Shown here one piece after another: positions 8,951 to 19,307 of a DNA stretch of 64,000 bases. Numbering within the stretch: the first letter of the stretch is position 1; each line of letters opens with the position of its first letter. Location of the stretch: NCBI GenBank assembly GCA_963819655.1, contig CAWFXA010000001.1:32001-96000 (forward strand). Reading direction: 5' to 3'. The stretch comes from an uncultured Chloroflexia bacterium (lineage in GTDB: Bacteria; Chloroflexota; Limnocylindria; Limnocylindrales; CSP1-4). The position numbers were made by a program, and so were the translations under genes. The notes beneath the pieces were generated by a model that saw nothing but the letters and a program-made list of their open reading frames with translations, was not told the DNA's origin and ran no database searches.

Positions 8951-9094
8951 ATGAAGGCCGTCACACAAGACAGGTACGGGACTGCCGAGGTTGACGGCGT
9001 AGCGCGGACCCGCCACCAGCAGCGCCGTGCGACGGCCAGGGTCGCGACGACCAGGTACCCGATAACGGCCGTCATCTGCGGCGGACTCAGATGA
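8951..9094 (+). pseudogene. N-terminal stump of an MDR/zinc-binding alcohol dehydrogenase-family gene
   Basis: RBS GGAG then MKAVTQDRYGTAEV (typical MKAxxQxxYGxxxV start), followed by unrelated sequence. Confidence 0.65.
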
Positions 9095-9785
9095 GCAGGA
9101 ACACGCCGAGCGCGATCAGCCAGACCGACCAGGCGATGTAGGCAATGGGCACGATGGTCCCGGCCAGGTGCCAGCCGTCTCGCTCGTTGGGTCCGACGAA
9201 CTCGAGCGTCCCGATGAGCAGCGCGATGCCGATCACGATCCCAACGACGCCGAGCCATCCCGGCAGGACGCTGGTCGACAGGATCGATCCGGACACGAGC
9301 AGCGTCCACAGTCCGGTGAGCAGATAGCCGAGGTGCTCCCCGATGCCGACGCCGAGCAATCTGTGGAGTGTCGCGAACACCACCTCGACGGTCTTCCGGG
9401 TCGCATGACCCTCGGGCCCATCCGGCGCCGAAATGTAGCGGCGCGCCAGCTCCGGCACGGCGAACGGCCAGCGCACGAGCCCCAGTCCCTGGACGATCGC
9501 CGCTGTCGCACCGACCACCGCAGACAGAACGCTGAGGGCCGGTGACGCGCCGAGGACGACGGCCAGGAGCGCGGCCAAGGGCAGCATCAAGAGCGCCGAG
9601 ATCAGTAGCCCCTCCCAGCGCAGGATCAGCCCGGACCCGCCTGCCGCGAACCGACGAAGGATCTCATCGGGCTCTTTGCGCAGGATGTTCGGGTAGTCGA
9701 ATGCTCGCCCGAGTTCGAAGAATGCGACGTTGAACGTGATCGGGACGAGGATCAGCAGGACCGCGGTGACGGTTTCGGTGGTCAA
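9087..9785 (-). CDS. DUF4386-like multi-pass membrane protein
   Basis: FDYPNILR, QGLGLVRWPFAVP, GVGIGEHLGYLLTGLW; several TM segments. Confidence 0.8.
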   Translation of the reverse strand: MTTETVTAVLLILVPITFNVAFFELGRAFDYPNILRKEPDEILRRFAAGGSGLILRWEGLLISALLMLPLAALLAVVLGASPALSVLSAVVGATAAIVQGLGLVRWPFAVPELARRYISAPDGPEGHATRKTVEVVFATLHRLLGVGIGEHLGYLLTGLWTLLVSGSILSTSVLPGWLGVVGIVIGIALLIGTLEFVGPNERDGWHLAGTIVPIAYIAWSVWLIALGVFLLI

Positions 9786-10339
9786 GCCATAGCCCTGAGG
9801 GCGTCACGGGACGACACGAGACGCCAGAGGGCGACCCCCGTGATGATCTGCGAGACAAGGGCGCCGCTAGCCCCGTACACCGGCCAACCAGGTGCCAAGG
9901 CAACCCCGACGCTGGCCGTGATGAGCCAGCCCACGGCCCATGCCGCACCGGTGACGACGACCCAGACCCAGGCGTTCGCGATGCCGGCACGCATCAACAA
10001 GGCGGCCTGTACTGCACCGATGAGCAGACCCGACACGCCGCCGAGCACGATCGCCTCTGTCGAGGTCTCGATCTGGCCGATGGCCGCGGTGACTGCCGCG
10101 AGGGCGACCGCCAGAGCAACTGCGGTACCGGCGATCCACATCACCAGTGGCTGCCTTCGAAGCCAGAGGGCGATCCCCTGCGCCAGTCCGATGATCGCGC
10201 CGGCGATCAGGCCGGAAAGGACCGCTGCCGGCACGGTAGCGGCTGGCCCAGCGATCGCCTGCGCCAGGTAGCCACCGATCGGGAAACCGATCACGGCGAT
10301 GATCCAGGGCAGAACGACGGATGTACGGAGTCGGTCCAT
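9782..10339 (-). CDS. Gly/Ala-rich multi-pass membrane protein
   Basis: Repeated G...G...G.AQ hydrophobic segments; 4-nt overlap with the next gene. Confidence 0.75.
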   Translation of the reverse strand: MDRLRTSVVLPWIIAVIGFPIGGYLAQAIAGPAATVPAAVLSGLIAGAIIGLAQGIALWLRRQPLVMWIAGTAVALAVALAAVTAAIGQIETSTEAIVLGGVSGLLIGAVQAALLMRAGIANAWVWVVVTGAAWAVGWLITASVGVALAPGWPVYGASGALVSQIITGVALWRLVSSRDALRAMA

Positions 10340-10447
10340 TGGTGCACCTCGTGGCCATCGCCTTCGTGACGGTCCTCGGGCTGGACGTCAGGGAGCGCGT
10401 GCTCAGTTTGCGACATCGGATCGCGCGTCACCGCTTAACAGTGCGTG

Positions 10448-10487
10448 TTGACACCACGCAAACACAGCGATATAAACCCAAACACAG
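10448..10487 (+). promoter_or_regulatory. Sigma-70 promoter of the PTS operon with direct-repeat operator
   Basis: TTGACA-17-TATAAA; CAAACACAG repeated at 10459-10467 and 10479-10487. Confidence 0.7.
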
Positions 10488-10508
10488 ATGACTCAGAACT
10501 TAACCAAC

Positions 10509-11271
10509 ATGTACGCCGAGGAGCGCCAGCGCTGGATCGTCCAGCGCGCGCGTGCCGGCGGCCGGGTCGAGGTGGCCGCGCTCGCCGAGGAACTCGGGGT
10601 GACTACCGAGACCGTCCGACGCGACCTGACGACCCTCGAACGACATGCATTGCTCCGGCGGGTGCACGGTGGCGCCATCCCGATCGAGCGGCTCGGCTTC
10701 GAGCCGGCCCTGGCGGCCCGCGACAGCGTCCTGACGGCCGAAAAGGAGCAGATCGCCTTGCTGGCGCTCGGGGAGCTACCCGATGAAGGGTCGATCCTTC
10801 TCGATGCGGGCACGACGACGGCGCGGCTCGCGGACGCGCTGCCGACGGATCGCGAGCTGGTCGTACTCACGAATGCCCTGCCCATAGCGATGAAGCTGTC
10901 CGTGCGGCCGAACATCACGGTGCTGATCCTCGGGGGCAGGGTCCGTGGTCGCACACAAGCCGCCGTCGAATTCGTGGGCGCTCCAGGCTCTCGCCGACAG
11001 CTACGTCGACGTCGCCTTCATCGGCACGAACGGCATCAGCCCGGAGCGAGGCTTGACGACCCCGGATACCACCGAATCGGCAGTCAAGCGGGCCATGGTC
11101 CGGGCTGCGCGGCGGTCCGTCGTCCTCGCCGACCACACCAAGGTGGGCCAGGACCACCTGTCCCGGTTCGCCGCGCTCGACGAGATCGACACACTCATCA
11201 CGGACTCCGCGATCGATGCGCAGGTCGCCGACGAGCTCCGTTCGACGGGCCTCAAGGTCCTCCTCGCGTGA
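10509..11271 (+). CDS. DeoR/FruR family regulator (one extra base near 10969)
   Basis: MYAEERQ, ETVRRDL, RRVHGGA, LDAGTTT; continues in next frame DVAFIGTNG...LADHTK. Confidence 0.9.
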
Positions 11272-12215
11272 TCGTGACGCTGACCCTCAATCCGAGCGTC
11301 GACCGGACGGTCGAGGTCGAGACCCTCGCTCGGGGCGAGGTCACGAGGGCGGTGGGTGGGCGAGTCGATCCCGGCGGCAAGGGGATCAACGTCTCGCGGG
11401 CATTGGCGACCCATGGCCTCGCGACGCGAGCGGTGGTCACCGTCGGCGGTGCCGAGGGGGAGCATCTCGTCACCCTTCTGCGGGACTCGGGGATCGAGAT
11501 CGTACCCGTCAGGATCCGCGGGGCGATCCGGTCGAACATCACCATCGTCGAGCCGGACGGGACGACGACCAAGATCAATGAGCCGGGTGCCGAGCTGAGC
11601 ACCGATGAGCTCAACTCGGTGTTCGAGGCGGTTCTGCAGGTGATCGAGTCGGCCGACTGGCTCGTCGCGAGCGGCAGCCTCCCGCCCGAGACGCCGGCCA
11701 GTGTGTACGCCGACCTCGTCCGATCGCTGTCCGGCTCCGGGACCCGCGTGGCGGTCGACACCAGCGGCCCGGCCCTCGAGGCTGTCCTTGCGGCAGGACC
11801 GGCCTTGGTCAAGCCCAATCGGGACGAGCTCGCCGAGGCGACCGGCGTGCGCCTGGGGACCATCGCCGATGTCGTCGAGGCGGCCTGCCGGCTGCGCGAT
11901 CGCGGCGCCGCGGCCGTGCTCGCCAGCCTCGGCGCCGATGGTGCCGTGCTGGTCGACGACGACGGCGCCATCCATGGCCACACCCCGATCGTGTCGCCGC
12001 TCAGCTCGGTCGGCGCGGGTGACGCGATGTTGGCGGGCTTCCTGGCCGCTGGCGGCGCGGGCGCAGCCGCGTTGACCCAGGGCCTCGCCTGGGGCGCCGC
12101 TGCGGTGCTGCAGCCGGGCTCCGGCATGCCGTCACCCGATGACATCGACCTCGCGTCCGTTCGCCTCGAGCGACACGAGACAACGCGCCGGGATCTGTTC
12201 GCCATGCCGCCCTGA
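11268..12215 (+). CDS. pfkB: 1-phosphofructokinase family (FruK/LacC-type) kinase
   Basis: VIVTLTLNPSVDRT, DPGGKGINVSR, SGSLPP, VKPNRDEL, SVGAGDA. Confidence 0.92.
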   Translation: MIVTLTLNPSVDRTVEVETLARGEVTRAVGGRVDPGGKGINVSRALATHGLATRAVVTVGGAEGEHLVTLLRDSGIEIVPVRIRGAIRSNITIVEPDGTTTKINEPGAELSTDELNSVFEAVLQVIESADWLVASGSLPPETPASVYADLVRSLSGSGTRVAVDTSGPALEAVLAAGPALVKPNRDELAEATGVRLGTIADVVEAACRLRDRGAAAVLASLGADGAVLVDDDGAIHGHTPIVSPLSSVGAGDAMLAGFLAAGGAGAAALTQGLAWGAAAVLQPGSGMPSPDDIDLASVRLERHETTRRDLFAMPP

Positions 12216-12285
12216 CGCGGAGACCAGCGAGCGGGGATTGCAAGCGGAGGAGACGAACCGTCTCGAACGAAAGGGAGAGGATGAG

Positions 12286-13398
12286 ATGACCACCACGACT
12301 GCCGATCTGAAGCATCGGGAAGGGCCAGGATTACAGGCCACGATCCAGCGGGTCGGCGGCTTCCTCGCGGGCATGATCATGCCCAACATCTCCGCGTTCA
12401 TCGCGTGGGGCCTGATCACAGCCATCTTCATCCCGACCGGATGGTGGCCGAACGAGCAACTGGCGGCGCTCGTCGGCCCGATCATCCTCACCCTGCTGCC
12501 AGTGCTCATCGGCTACACCGGTGGACGCATCGTCCACGGTCAGCGTGGCGCCGTCATCGGTGCAGTGGCGACGATGGGCGTCGTGGTCGGCACCGATATC
12601 CCGATGTTCCTCGGAGCGATGATCATCGGGCCGCTCAGTGCCTACCTGCTCAAGCGCTTCGACGCCCTCGTGGAAGGGCGCGTCCGCTCCGGATTCGAGA
12701 TGCTGGTCGACAACTTCAGCGCCGGGATCCTTGGCCTGATCATGGCGGTCCTCGGCGTGCTGGCCGTGGGGCCGATCGTCGAGACGCTCGCCAATGCGGC
12801 GGGAGACGGCGTCGACATCCTCGTGGCGGCGGGCCTCCTCCCACTCGTGTCGATCATCGTCGAGCCGGCCAAGGTCCTGTTCCTCAACAACGCGATCAAT
12901 CACGGCGTCCTCGCGCCACTCGGCGTCGCCCAGGCGCTCGAGACAGGCAAGTCGATCCTGTTCATGATCGAGACCAATCCAGGACCGGGCCTTGGGATCC
13001 TCCTGGCATACTTCTTCTTCGGCCCGCGGGCGCTCCGGCCGACCGTGCCCACGGCGATCATCATCCAGTTCTTCGGCGGCATCCACGAGATCTATTTCCC
13101 GTACGTGCTGATCAAGCCCCGCCTGATCCTGGCCGCCATCGCAGGCGGCGCATCCGGGATCGCGATCGCGGTCGTCACGGGCGCCGGATTGGTCGCCACC
13201 CCCTCCCCCGGCAGCATCTTCGCCTACATGGCGGTGACACCGAGGGACGGGTACTTCGGGGTATTGGCGGCCATCGTCGTGGCCACGGTCGTCTCGTTCG
13301 GCGTGGCCTCGATGCTGCTGGGCTTCGGGCGCGCAGAGCAAGAGGTCACCGAGGAAGCCCCGCGGCAGGATGCCGTCCCGGCCGCGACGGGAGCGTGA
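12286..13398 (+). CDS. mtlA: PTS mannitol-type EIIC
   Basis: GMIMPNI.AFIAWGLITA, FEMLVDNFSAG, EPAKVLFLNNAINHG, ETNPGPG, GGIHEIYFPY. Confidence 0.93.
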   Translation: MTTTTADLKHREGPGLQATIQRVGGFLAGMIMPNISAFIAWGLITAIFIPTGWWPNEQLAALVGPIILTLLPVLIGYTGGRIVHGQRGAVIGAVATMGVVVGTDIPMFLGAMIIGPLSAYLLKRFDALVEGRVRSGFEMLVDNFSAGILGLIMAVLGVLAVGPIVETLANAAGDGVDILVAAGLLPLVSIIVEPAKVLFLNNAINHGVLAPLGVAQALETGKSILFMIETNPGPGLGILLAYFFFGPRALRPTVPTAIIIQFFGGIHEIYFPYVLIKPRLILAAIAGGASGIAIAVVTGAGLVATPSPGSIFAYMAVTPRDGYFGVLAAIVVATVVSFGVASMLLGFGRAEQEVTEEAPRQDAVPAATGA

Positions 13399-13404
13399 TC
13401 TGCT

Positions 13405-13713
13405 ATGCCTGACGTCAACGGTCGAGACATCCGCACCGTGGTCGTGGCCTGCGATGCCGGGATGGGCAGCAGTGTCATGGTCGCCAGCCAGATGCGTCAG
13501 CGGTTGAAGAAGTACGACGTGGCAGTCGAGCACCTCCCCGTCAACTCGATCCCCGCTGACACTCAGGTGGTGGTCACGCATGCAAGCCTCGCCAAGCGGG
13601 CGCAAGCGATGGCCCCCGGTGCTGTCGTCGTCCCGTTCCAGATCTTCATGGGCGACCCTGCCTTCGAGAAGGTCGAGGCCGCTATCCGGGACGGAGGTGT
13701 CCTTGCCGGCTGA
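13405..13713 (+). CDS. PTS mannitol-type EIIB
   Basis: VACDAGMGSS phospho-Cys motif. Confidence 0.92.
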   Translation: MPDVNGRDIRTVVVACDAGMGSSVMVASQMRQRLKKYDVAVEHLPVNSIPADTQVVVTHASLAKRAQAMAPGAVVVPFQIFMGDPAFEKVEAAIRDGGVLAG

Positions 13714-14188
13714 CTCGACCACCCCATCGCCCGCCACCGATGTCCTCGTCCGCGAGGCCGTACGACTGGCGCAGCACGCCGACGACAAGTGGGATGCGCT
13801 GCGCCAGTCGGGGGCGCTCCTCGAGGCGCTCGGTGCGGTGGACGAGGGTTACGCCGCCGCGATCCTGGAACGCGAGGGCCAGATCTCGACCTACATGGGC
13901 GAGGGCGTGGCCATCCCCCACGGGACCGACGCGGCGCGCGCGCTGGTCCGCCGGACGGCGCTCGGGTTCCTCCAGTACCCAGACGGGGTCGACTGGGATG
14001 GCGAAACCGTCTACCTGTGCATCCCGATCGCCGCCAGCGGCGACGAACACGTGGGCGTCCTTTCGGCGCTCGCAGAGATCCTTGTCGATGACGACAGTGC
14101 GGCCGCGCTTCGCGGGGCCACCGACGTCGAGGTCGTCCTGAACCTGCTGAATCCCGGCGATCGGGCCGTCGACGAGCACGGCCCGTGA
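13703..14188 (+). CDS. PTS EIIA (mannitol/fructose type)
   Basis: ERE..ISTYMGEGVAIPHGT, DGVDWDG; TTG start after GGAGG (exact start uncertain). Confidence 0.9.
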   Translation: MPADSTTPSPATDVLVREAVRLAQHADDKWDALRQSGALLEALGAVDEGYAAAILEREGQISTYMGEGVAIPHGTDAARALVRRTALGFLQYPDGVDWDGETVYLCIPIAASGDEHVGVLSALAEILVDDDSAAALRGATDVEVVLNLLNPGDRAVDEHGP

Positions 14189-15243
14189 AGGTTGCGCGGT
14201 TCTACGCTCCAGGCGACATCAGGATCGAGGACGCGCCGGAACCGTCTCCCGGTCCGGCCGAGATCAAGATCCGGGTCCGCAACTGCTCGACCTGTGGCAC
14301 GGACGTCAAGATCTATCGCTCGGGCCACCAGAACATCGATCCACCCCGGATCATGGGCCACGAGATCGCCGGCGAGGTCGTCGAGGTCGGCACCGATGTG
14401 GGGCCGGACGCGAGCGGCCAGCCCTGGGCCGTGGGCGATCGTGTCCAGGTCATCGCGGCCGTTCCGTGCGGCCACTGCCCGGACTGCCTCCGTGGCTGGA
14501 TGACGATCTGCCCGAACCAGACATCGATCGGTTATCAGTACGAAGGCGGTTTCGCCGAGTACCTCATCGTTCCGCACGAGGTGTTGCGGGTCGATGGCCT
14601 GAACCGCGTCCCGGAGGGCGTGGGCTTCGACGAGGCCTCGGTCGCCGAGCCTTTCGCCTGTGTCATCAATGCCCAGGAGCTGGCCCGCGTGGGAGCCGGG
14701 GACGACGTCGTGGTCATCGGGGCCGGACCCATCGGCTGCCTTCACGTGCGGCTGGCTCGCGCGCGCGGGGCGGCTCGGGTGTTCCTTGTCGAACTGAACC
14801 GCCAGCGCCTCGACATGTCGGCGGCGGTCGTGAACCCCGACGCCGCGATCGCGAGCAGCGAGAACGACCCGGTGGAGGCAGTGCTCGAGCTGACCGACGG
14901 CCGCGGCGTCGATGTCGCGATCACGGCTGCCGCGTCAGGCAAGGCCCAGGAAGATGCATTGCGGATGCTTGCCCGGCGTGGCCGCCTGTCGTTCTTCGGC
15001 GGTCTGCCGAAGGACAAGCCGACGATCACGCTCGACTCGAATCTCGTGCACTACCGTGAACTGACGATCGTCGGCGCGAACGGGTCGAGCCCCGATCACA
15101 ACAAGCAGGCCCTCGCCCTGATCGCCAGCGGCGAGGTGCCGGTCAGGGACCTGATCACCCACCGCTTGCCGTTGGAGCGTGTCCTCGACGCGATCGACAT
15201 CGTCTCCCGCGGCGAGGGCATCAAGGTCACGATCGAACCCTGA
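14185..15243 (+). CDS. Zinc-dependent MDR polyol(-phosphate) dehydrogenase
   Basis: CGTD, GHE.AG.V, CGHCPDC...C structural Zn site, EPFAC, GAGPIG. Confidence 0.9.
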   Translation: MKVARFYAPGDIRIEDAPEPSPGPAEIKIRVRNCSTCGTDVKIYRSGHQNIDPPRIMGHEIAGEVVEVGTDVGPDASGQPWAVGDRVQVIAAVPCGHCPDCLRGWMTICPNQTSIGYQYEGGFAEYLIVPHEVLRVDGLNRVPEGVGFDEASVAEPFACVINAQELARVGAGDDVVVIGAGPIGCLHVRLARARGAARVFLVELNRQRLDMSAAVVNPDAAIASSENDPVEAVLELTDGRGVDVAITAAASGKAQEDALRMLARRGRLSFFGGLPKDKPTITLDSNLVHYRELTIVGANGSSPDHNKQALALIASGEVPVRDLITHRLPLERVLDAIDIVSRGEGIKVTIEP

Positions 15244-15282
15244 GGGACGGACCGGGGGACCCGGCCCATGGAGGAGAGCGTC

Positions 15283-15555
15283 ATGGCGCAGCGAGAGGTC
15301 ATCGTCGGTTCGCGGATCGGGCTTCATGCCAGACCTGCGGCCCTGTTCGTGAAGGCGGCGACCGAGCAGCCGGTCAAGATCACGATCCGCAAGGGTGATG
15401 GCCCGCCGGTCGATGCCCGAAGCATCCTGCGGGTCCTCGCGCTCGGGGCGAAGAATGGCGACACCATCACCCTCGAGGCGGACGGCGACGGTGCGGTCGA
15501 AGCCCTGGAGGCCGTCGCGATCGTCGTCGCGGAGGACCATGACGATCCGGCCTGA
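15283..15555 (+). CDS. ptsH: HPr phosphocarrier
   Basis: GLHARPAA (His15), VDARSIL (Ser46). Confidence 0.95.
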   Translation: MAQREVIVGSRIGLHARPAALFVKAATEQPVKITIRKGDGPPVDARSILRVLALGAKNGDTITLEADGDGAVEALEAVAIVVAEDHDDPA

Positions 15556-17195
15556 AGCACCCGCGTCGCCCTCGCCCCTGCAGGGGATCGGCGTCTGTCC
15601 GGGCCGCGTCGCCGGCCCGGTCGCGCTCATGGGGCCGCGGCCGCGACTGCCGGCAGATCGACCCGAGGTCGCAGACGCCGAGGCCGAGGCGACGGCCGCG
15701 CTTGCGGCACTCTCCGCGACGGCCGAGGACCTCGAACGGCGCGCCGCGTCGACCGCGATCCCGGGGGCCGCGGAGGTGCTCGAGGCGACCGCGATGATCG
15801 CCCGCGACCCCTCCCTCGAGGAGTCGATCCGATCGGCGATCGCCAAGGGTGAGCCGGCGGCGTGGGCGGTCAGCGTTGCGTTCGACGGCTTCCGGGCGAT
15901 GCTGCTCGACCTCGGTGGTTACATGGCGGAACGGGTCGGCGACCTCGACGACGTCCGCGACCGAACGGTTGCCCGGCTGCTCGGGCAGCCGCTGCCGGGC
16001 GTCCCCGAGCGCGAAACTCCGTTCATCCTGGTCGCCGACGACCTGGCCCCGGCCGACACCGTGACGCTGACGCCGGAACGGGTCTTGGCGCTGGTCACGA
16101 TGAGGGGCGGGCCGACGAGCCACACCGCCATCCTGGCTCGGAGCCTGGGGATCCCCGCAGTCGTCGCGACCCCAGGCGCCGAATCGCTGCACGATGGGGA
16201 GCTCGTCGAGGTCGACGGCGGAACGGGCCGGATCCGCCTCGGGATCACCCCGGACGAGGCCGCTGCGACGAACCTCGGCGAACAGGCGCGCCGTGCCGCG
16301 CGAGCCGCGAGTCGAGGGCCGGGACGGACCGCCGACGGCCATCCGGTCGCGCTGCTCCTCAACATCGGCGATGCGGCGGGTGCGGCTGCGGTCGCGAAGG
16401 TCGATGCCGAAGGCGTCGGTCTCTTCCGTACCGAGTTCCTGTATCTCGACCGGCAGGAAGCCCCGACGATCGACGAGCAGGTCGCGCTCTACACGGGCGT
16501 CCTGAGCGCGATGGGTGGCCGCAAGATCATCGTCCGAACGCTCGACGCCGGCGCCGACAAGCCGCTGCCGTTCCTCAACCCGGATCCGGAGGAGAACCCG
16601 GCGCTCGGCGTCCGCGGACTTCGGACCGCCCGGCGCTCGCCCGGAGGTGCTCGCCGACCAGCTCGCGGCGTTGGCCCTCGCGCAGCGGGCGACAGGCGCC
16701 GTCGTCTGGGTCATGGCGCCCATGGTGGCGACCGCGGCCGAGGCCAAGGGCTTCGTGGACCTCGCCCACGAGCACGGCCTGCCGGTCGCCGGCGTTATGG
16801 TCGAGATCCCGGCAGCTGCCCTGCGCGCTGCCGATCTTCTCCAATACTGCGACTTCCTGAGTATCGGGACCAACGACCTGGCGCAATACACGCTGGCGAC
16901 GGACAGGATGGCCGGAGAACTGGCCGACCTCCTGGATCCCTGGCAGCCGGCCCTACTCGACCTCATCCGGATGACGGCCGAAGCCGGCCAGGCGGCGGGC
17001 AAGTCGGTCGGCGTGTGCGGCGAGGCGGCCGCCTCGCCGGCACTGGCGCCGGTCCTTGTCGGTCTCGGTGTGACGTCGCTGTCGATGTCGGCGTCAGCCG
17101 TCGCGGATGTGCGGGACGCGCTCGCGGCGGTGACCCTTTCGGAGTGCCGAGAGTTGGCGCGTGACGCGCTCTCGGGCCAACGCCCAAGCGGTTGA
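15539..17195 (+). CDS. ptsI: PTS enzyme I (one extra base near 16640)
   Basis: GPTSHTAILAR, GVGLFRTEFL, EENPALGVRG; after the shift MVEIP, SIGTNDLAQY, GVCGE. Confidence 0.93.
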
Positions 17196-17258
17196 CCGCT
17201 ATTCCCCCTCGGGGTCCCGATCAGTCATCTTCGAGCGTCTCCTTCGGCTGCGAGCGGC

Positions 17259-18296
17259 TCAGGCCCGCAGCTCGGCTGGGGTGAGCGCGATGTCGGCAAG
17301 CGTCCCGTCGCGCTCCAGGGTCACGTCGATGGACCGACCCACGAGGTCGCCGACGAGCGATCGCTGGAGGTCGCCGACTCCGGCGATCGGCCGCCCGTCC
17401 AGCGAGACGATGATGTCGCCGGCCCGGACGCCGGCCGCTGCGGCGGGACTGCCGTCGAGCAGCTGGACGACCTCGAGCCCGGCGGTCCGGCCAAGGCGCG
17501 TCGCCAGCGTCGGCGGCAGCCGGCGCGTCCCACCGACGATCCCCAGGTAGGCCCGACGGACCCGTCCGTCACGCATCAGGGCGGCGAGGATCAGCCGGGT
17601 CGCGGCGTCGATCGGCACGGCCAGCCCGAGCCCGACACCGGCGACTGCGGTGTTGATGCCTACGACCCGACCGCGGACGTCGGCCAGCGCACCGCCGGAG
17701 TTTCCGGGGTTCAGCGCCGCATCGGTTTGGATGACATTCTCGACCAGGCGGGTCGCCTGGCCGCCCCGGGCCGCCAGCGAGCGGCCGAGCGCGCTGACCA
17801 CGCCGGCCGTCACGGACCCGGCGAAGCCGAGCGGATTGCCGACCGCGACGACCAGCTGGCCGACCCGAAGGCGGGTGGCGTCACCGAACGGTGCGGCGGC
17901 GAGATCCGAGCCCGCCGCCCGGACGACGGCCAGATCCGAGAGCGCGTCGCGCCCGACGACCTCGAACCCCAGCTCGTCGCCGTCGACGAACGTGGCAGTT
18001 CCCCGTTCCGCGCCGGCGACGACATGGGCGTTGGTCACGAGGAACCCGTCCGGCGTGAACGCCACGGCCGAGCCATTGCCGCCACCCCAGCCTCCGTTCC
18101 GGCGCTCGACGCGAAGGCTCGCGACCGACGGGATCAGCCGAGCGGCGGCGGTGGTGACGGCCGACGAGTAGGCGTCCAGGGCCTCCTCCTCGATCGCCTC
18201 GGTGAGGACGTCATCGGCCGCATCGTCCTGCGGCCCGATCTCGCGCAGGGCGACCATCCGATCAGGCCTCCCCGGCGGCATCGGTGGTGCCGCCAA
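17259..18296 (-). CDS. HtrA/S1C trypsin-like serine protease with PDZ (start uncertain)
   Basis: TNAHV, SDLAV, GNPLG, IQTDAALNPGNSGG, PDZ GSPAA; no signal peptide or TM. Confidence 0.92.
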   Translation of the reverse strand: MAAPPMPPGRPDRMVALREIGPQDDAADDVLTEAIEEEALDAYSSAVTTAAARLIPSVASLRVERRNGGWGGGNGSAVAFTPDGFLVTNAHVVAGAERGTATFVDGDELGFEVVGRDALSDLAVVRAAGSDLAAAPFGDATRLRVGQLVVAVGNPLGFAGSVTAGVVSALGRSLAARGGQATRLVENVIQTDAALNPGNSGGALADVRGRVVGINTAVAGVGLGLAVPIDAATRLILAALMRDGRVRRAYLGIVGGTRRLPPTLATRLGRTAGLEVVQLLDGSPAAAAGVRAGDIIVSLDGRPIAGVGDLQRSLVGDLVGRSIDVTLERDGTLADIALTPAELRA

Positions 18297-19158
18297 CGCT
18301 CACGCTGCGCTCTTCGTCGCCACGAACGATCTTCAGCTCGATGGGCATCCCCGCCTCGGCCAGGATCGCCGGCAGGCTGTCCGCGTCGACCAACGGCCGG
18401 CCGGCCGCCTCGACGAGCAGGTCGCCCTCACGGATCCCGGCACGGTCGGCCGGGCTGCCCTCCTCGACACCGCGGACGAGCAGGCCGTCGCGCTCGGCCA
18501 GCCCGACCGAGCGACGCAGGCGCCGGGCGACGATCGACGGCGCGACCGCGATGCCCAGCCGCGGCCGGCTGACCGACTCGCCGCGCGCGAGCGCATCGAC
18601 CCGCTGGCGGAACGCGGCGTCCGCCGGGCGGGCCAGGTAGAAGCCCTCGCCGATCCGATTCGTGTTGAGCGCGAGGAGCTGGCCGCCGCCGTCGACAAGC
18701 GGCCCCCCGGACGAGCCCGACGCCAGCGGCGCGGTGTGCTCGAGGCTGCCACCGATCCGGCCGCCACCGGGCCCCCGGAACGTCTGCTCGATGGCGGAGA
18801 TCGTGCCGGCGGTGACGCGTGCGGCACCGGCGCCGGTCGAGGCGAGGCCGAAGACGACGTCGCCGATCGTGGCCTCGGCGTCGGACCACGGAAGGGCCAC
18901 GGCGCCGGTCGTCGCGACTTCGATCACCGCGAGATCGCCGTCGGGATCGACGCCGAGCACCTTGCCGCGCTCGCTCCGGCCGTCGCGGAAGGTGACGGTG
19001 ACCTCGTCGCCGCGGAGGTTGTGGGCATTGGTCAGGACGCGACCGTCGGCGATGACGACGCCGCTGCCGCGGTTGCCCTGGCCGATCCCGACCACGGCCG
19101 GGCCTGCTGACTCGTGCACGCGGCGGATCGCGCTGGAAAGGTCGTCGAGGATGGACAT
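18262..19158 (-). CDS. Second S1C serine protease with PDZ
   Basis: TNAHN, GDLAV, GSSGG triad motifs; PDZ GSPADRAG; no signal peptide. Confidence 0.9.
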   Translation of the reverse strand: MSILDDLSSAIRRVHESAGPAVVGIGQGNRGSGVVIADGRVLTNAHNLRGDEVTVTFRDGRSERGKVLGVDPDGDLAVIEVATTGAVALPWSDAEATIGDVVFGLASTGAGAARVTAGTISAIEQTFRGPGGGRIGGSLEHTAPLASGSSGGPLVDGGGQLLALNTNRIGEGFYLARPADAAFRQRVDALARGESVSRPRLGIAVAPSIVARRLRRSVGLAERDGLLVRGVEEGSPADRAGIREGDLLVEAAGRPLVDADSLPAILAEAGMPIELKIVRGDEERSVSVGGTTDAAGEA

Positions 19159-19250
19159 CGTGGATCTGGTCTCCGGCTGAGGGTGATGGCCCGACGTTCC
19201 GAGGGCCGCCGCGGCGAGTGTCGCGATCCGGATGCCTCGGGTGTCAGTTG

Positions 19251-19294
19251 TGAGTTGCAATTCGCAACATACTACTGACCCGTCGCCGATGCAA
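19251..19294 (-). promoter_or_regulatory. Protease operon promoter with dyad operator
   Basis: Minus strand TTGCAT-17-TATGTT; dyad GTTGCaattcGCAAC at 19254-19268 overlaps the -10. Confidence 0.6.
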
Positions 19295-19307
19295 GTCCCG
19301 GAGTAGG

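Noticed and set aside
10488-12215. 575-aa DeoR-PfkB fusion ORF
   Set aside because: Produced by one extra base in deoR; the linker is out-of-frame sequence and pfkB has its own GTG overlapping the deoR stop
12216-12285. Possible RAT antiterminator element before mtlA
   Set aside because: Only a short GAGACG/CGTCTC hairpin; no RAT consensus and no PRD regulator
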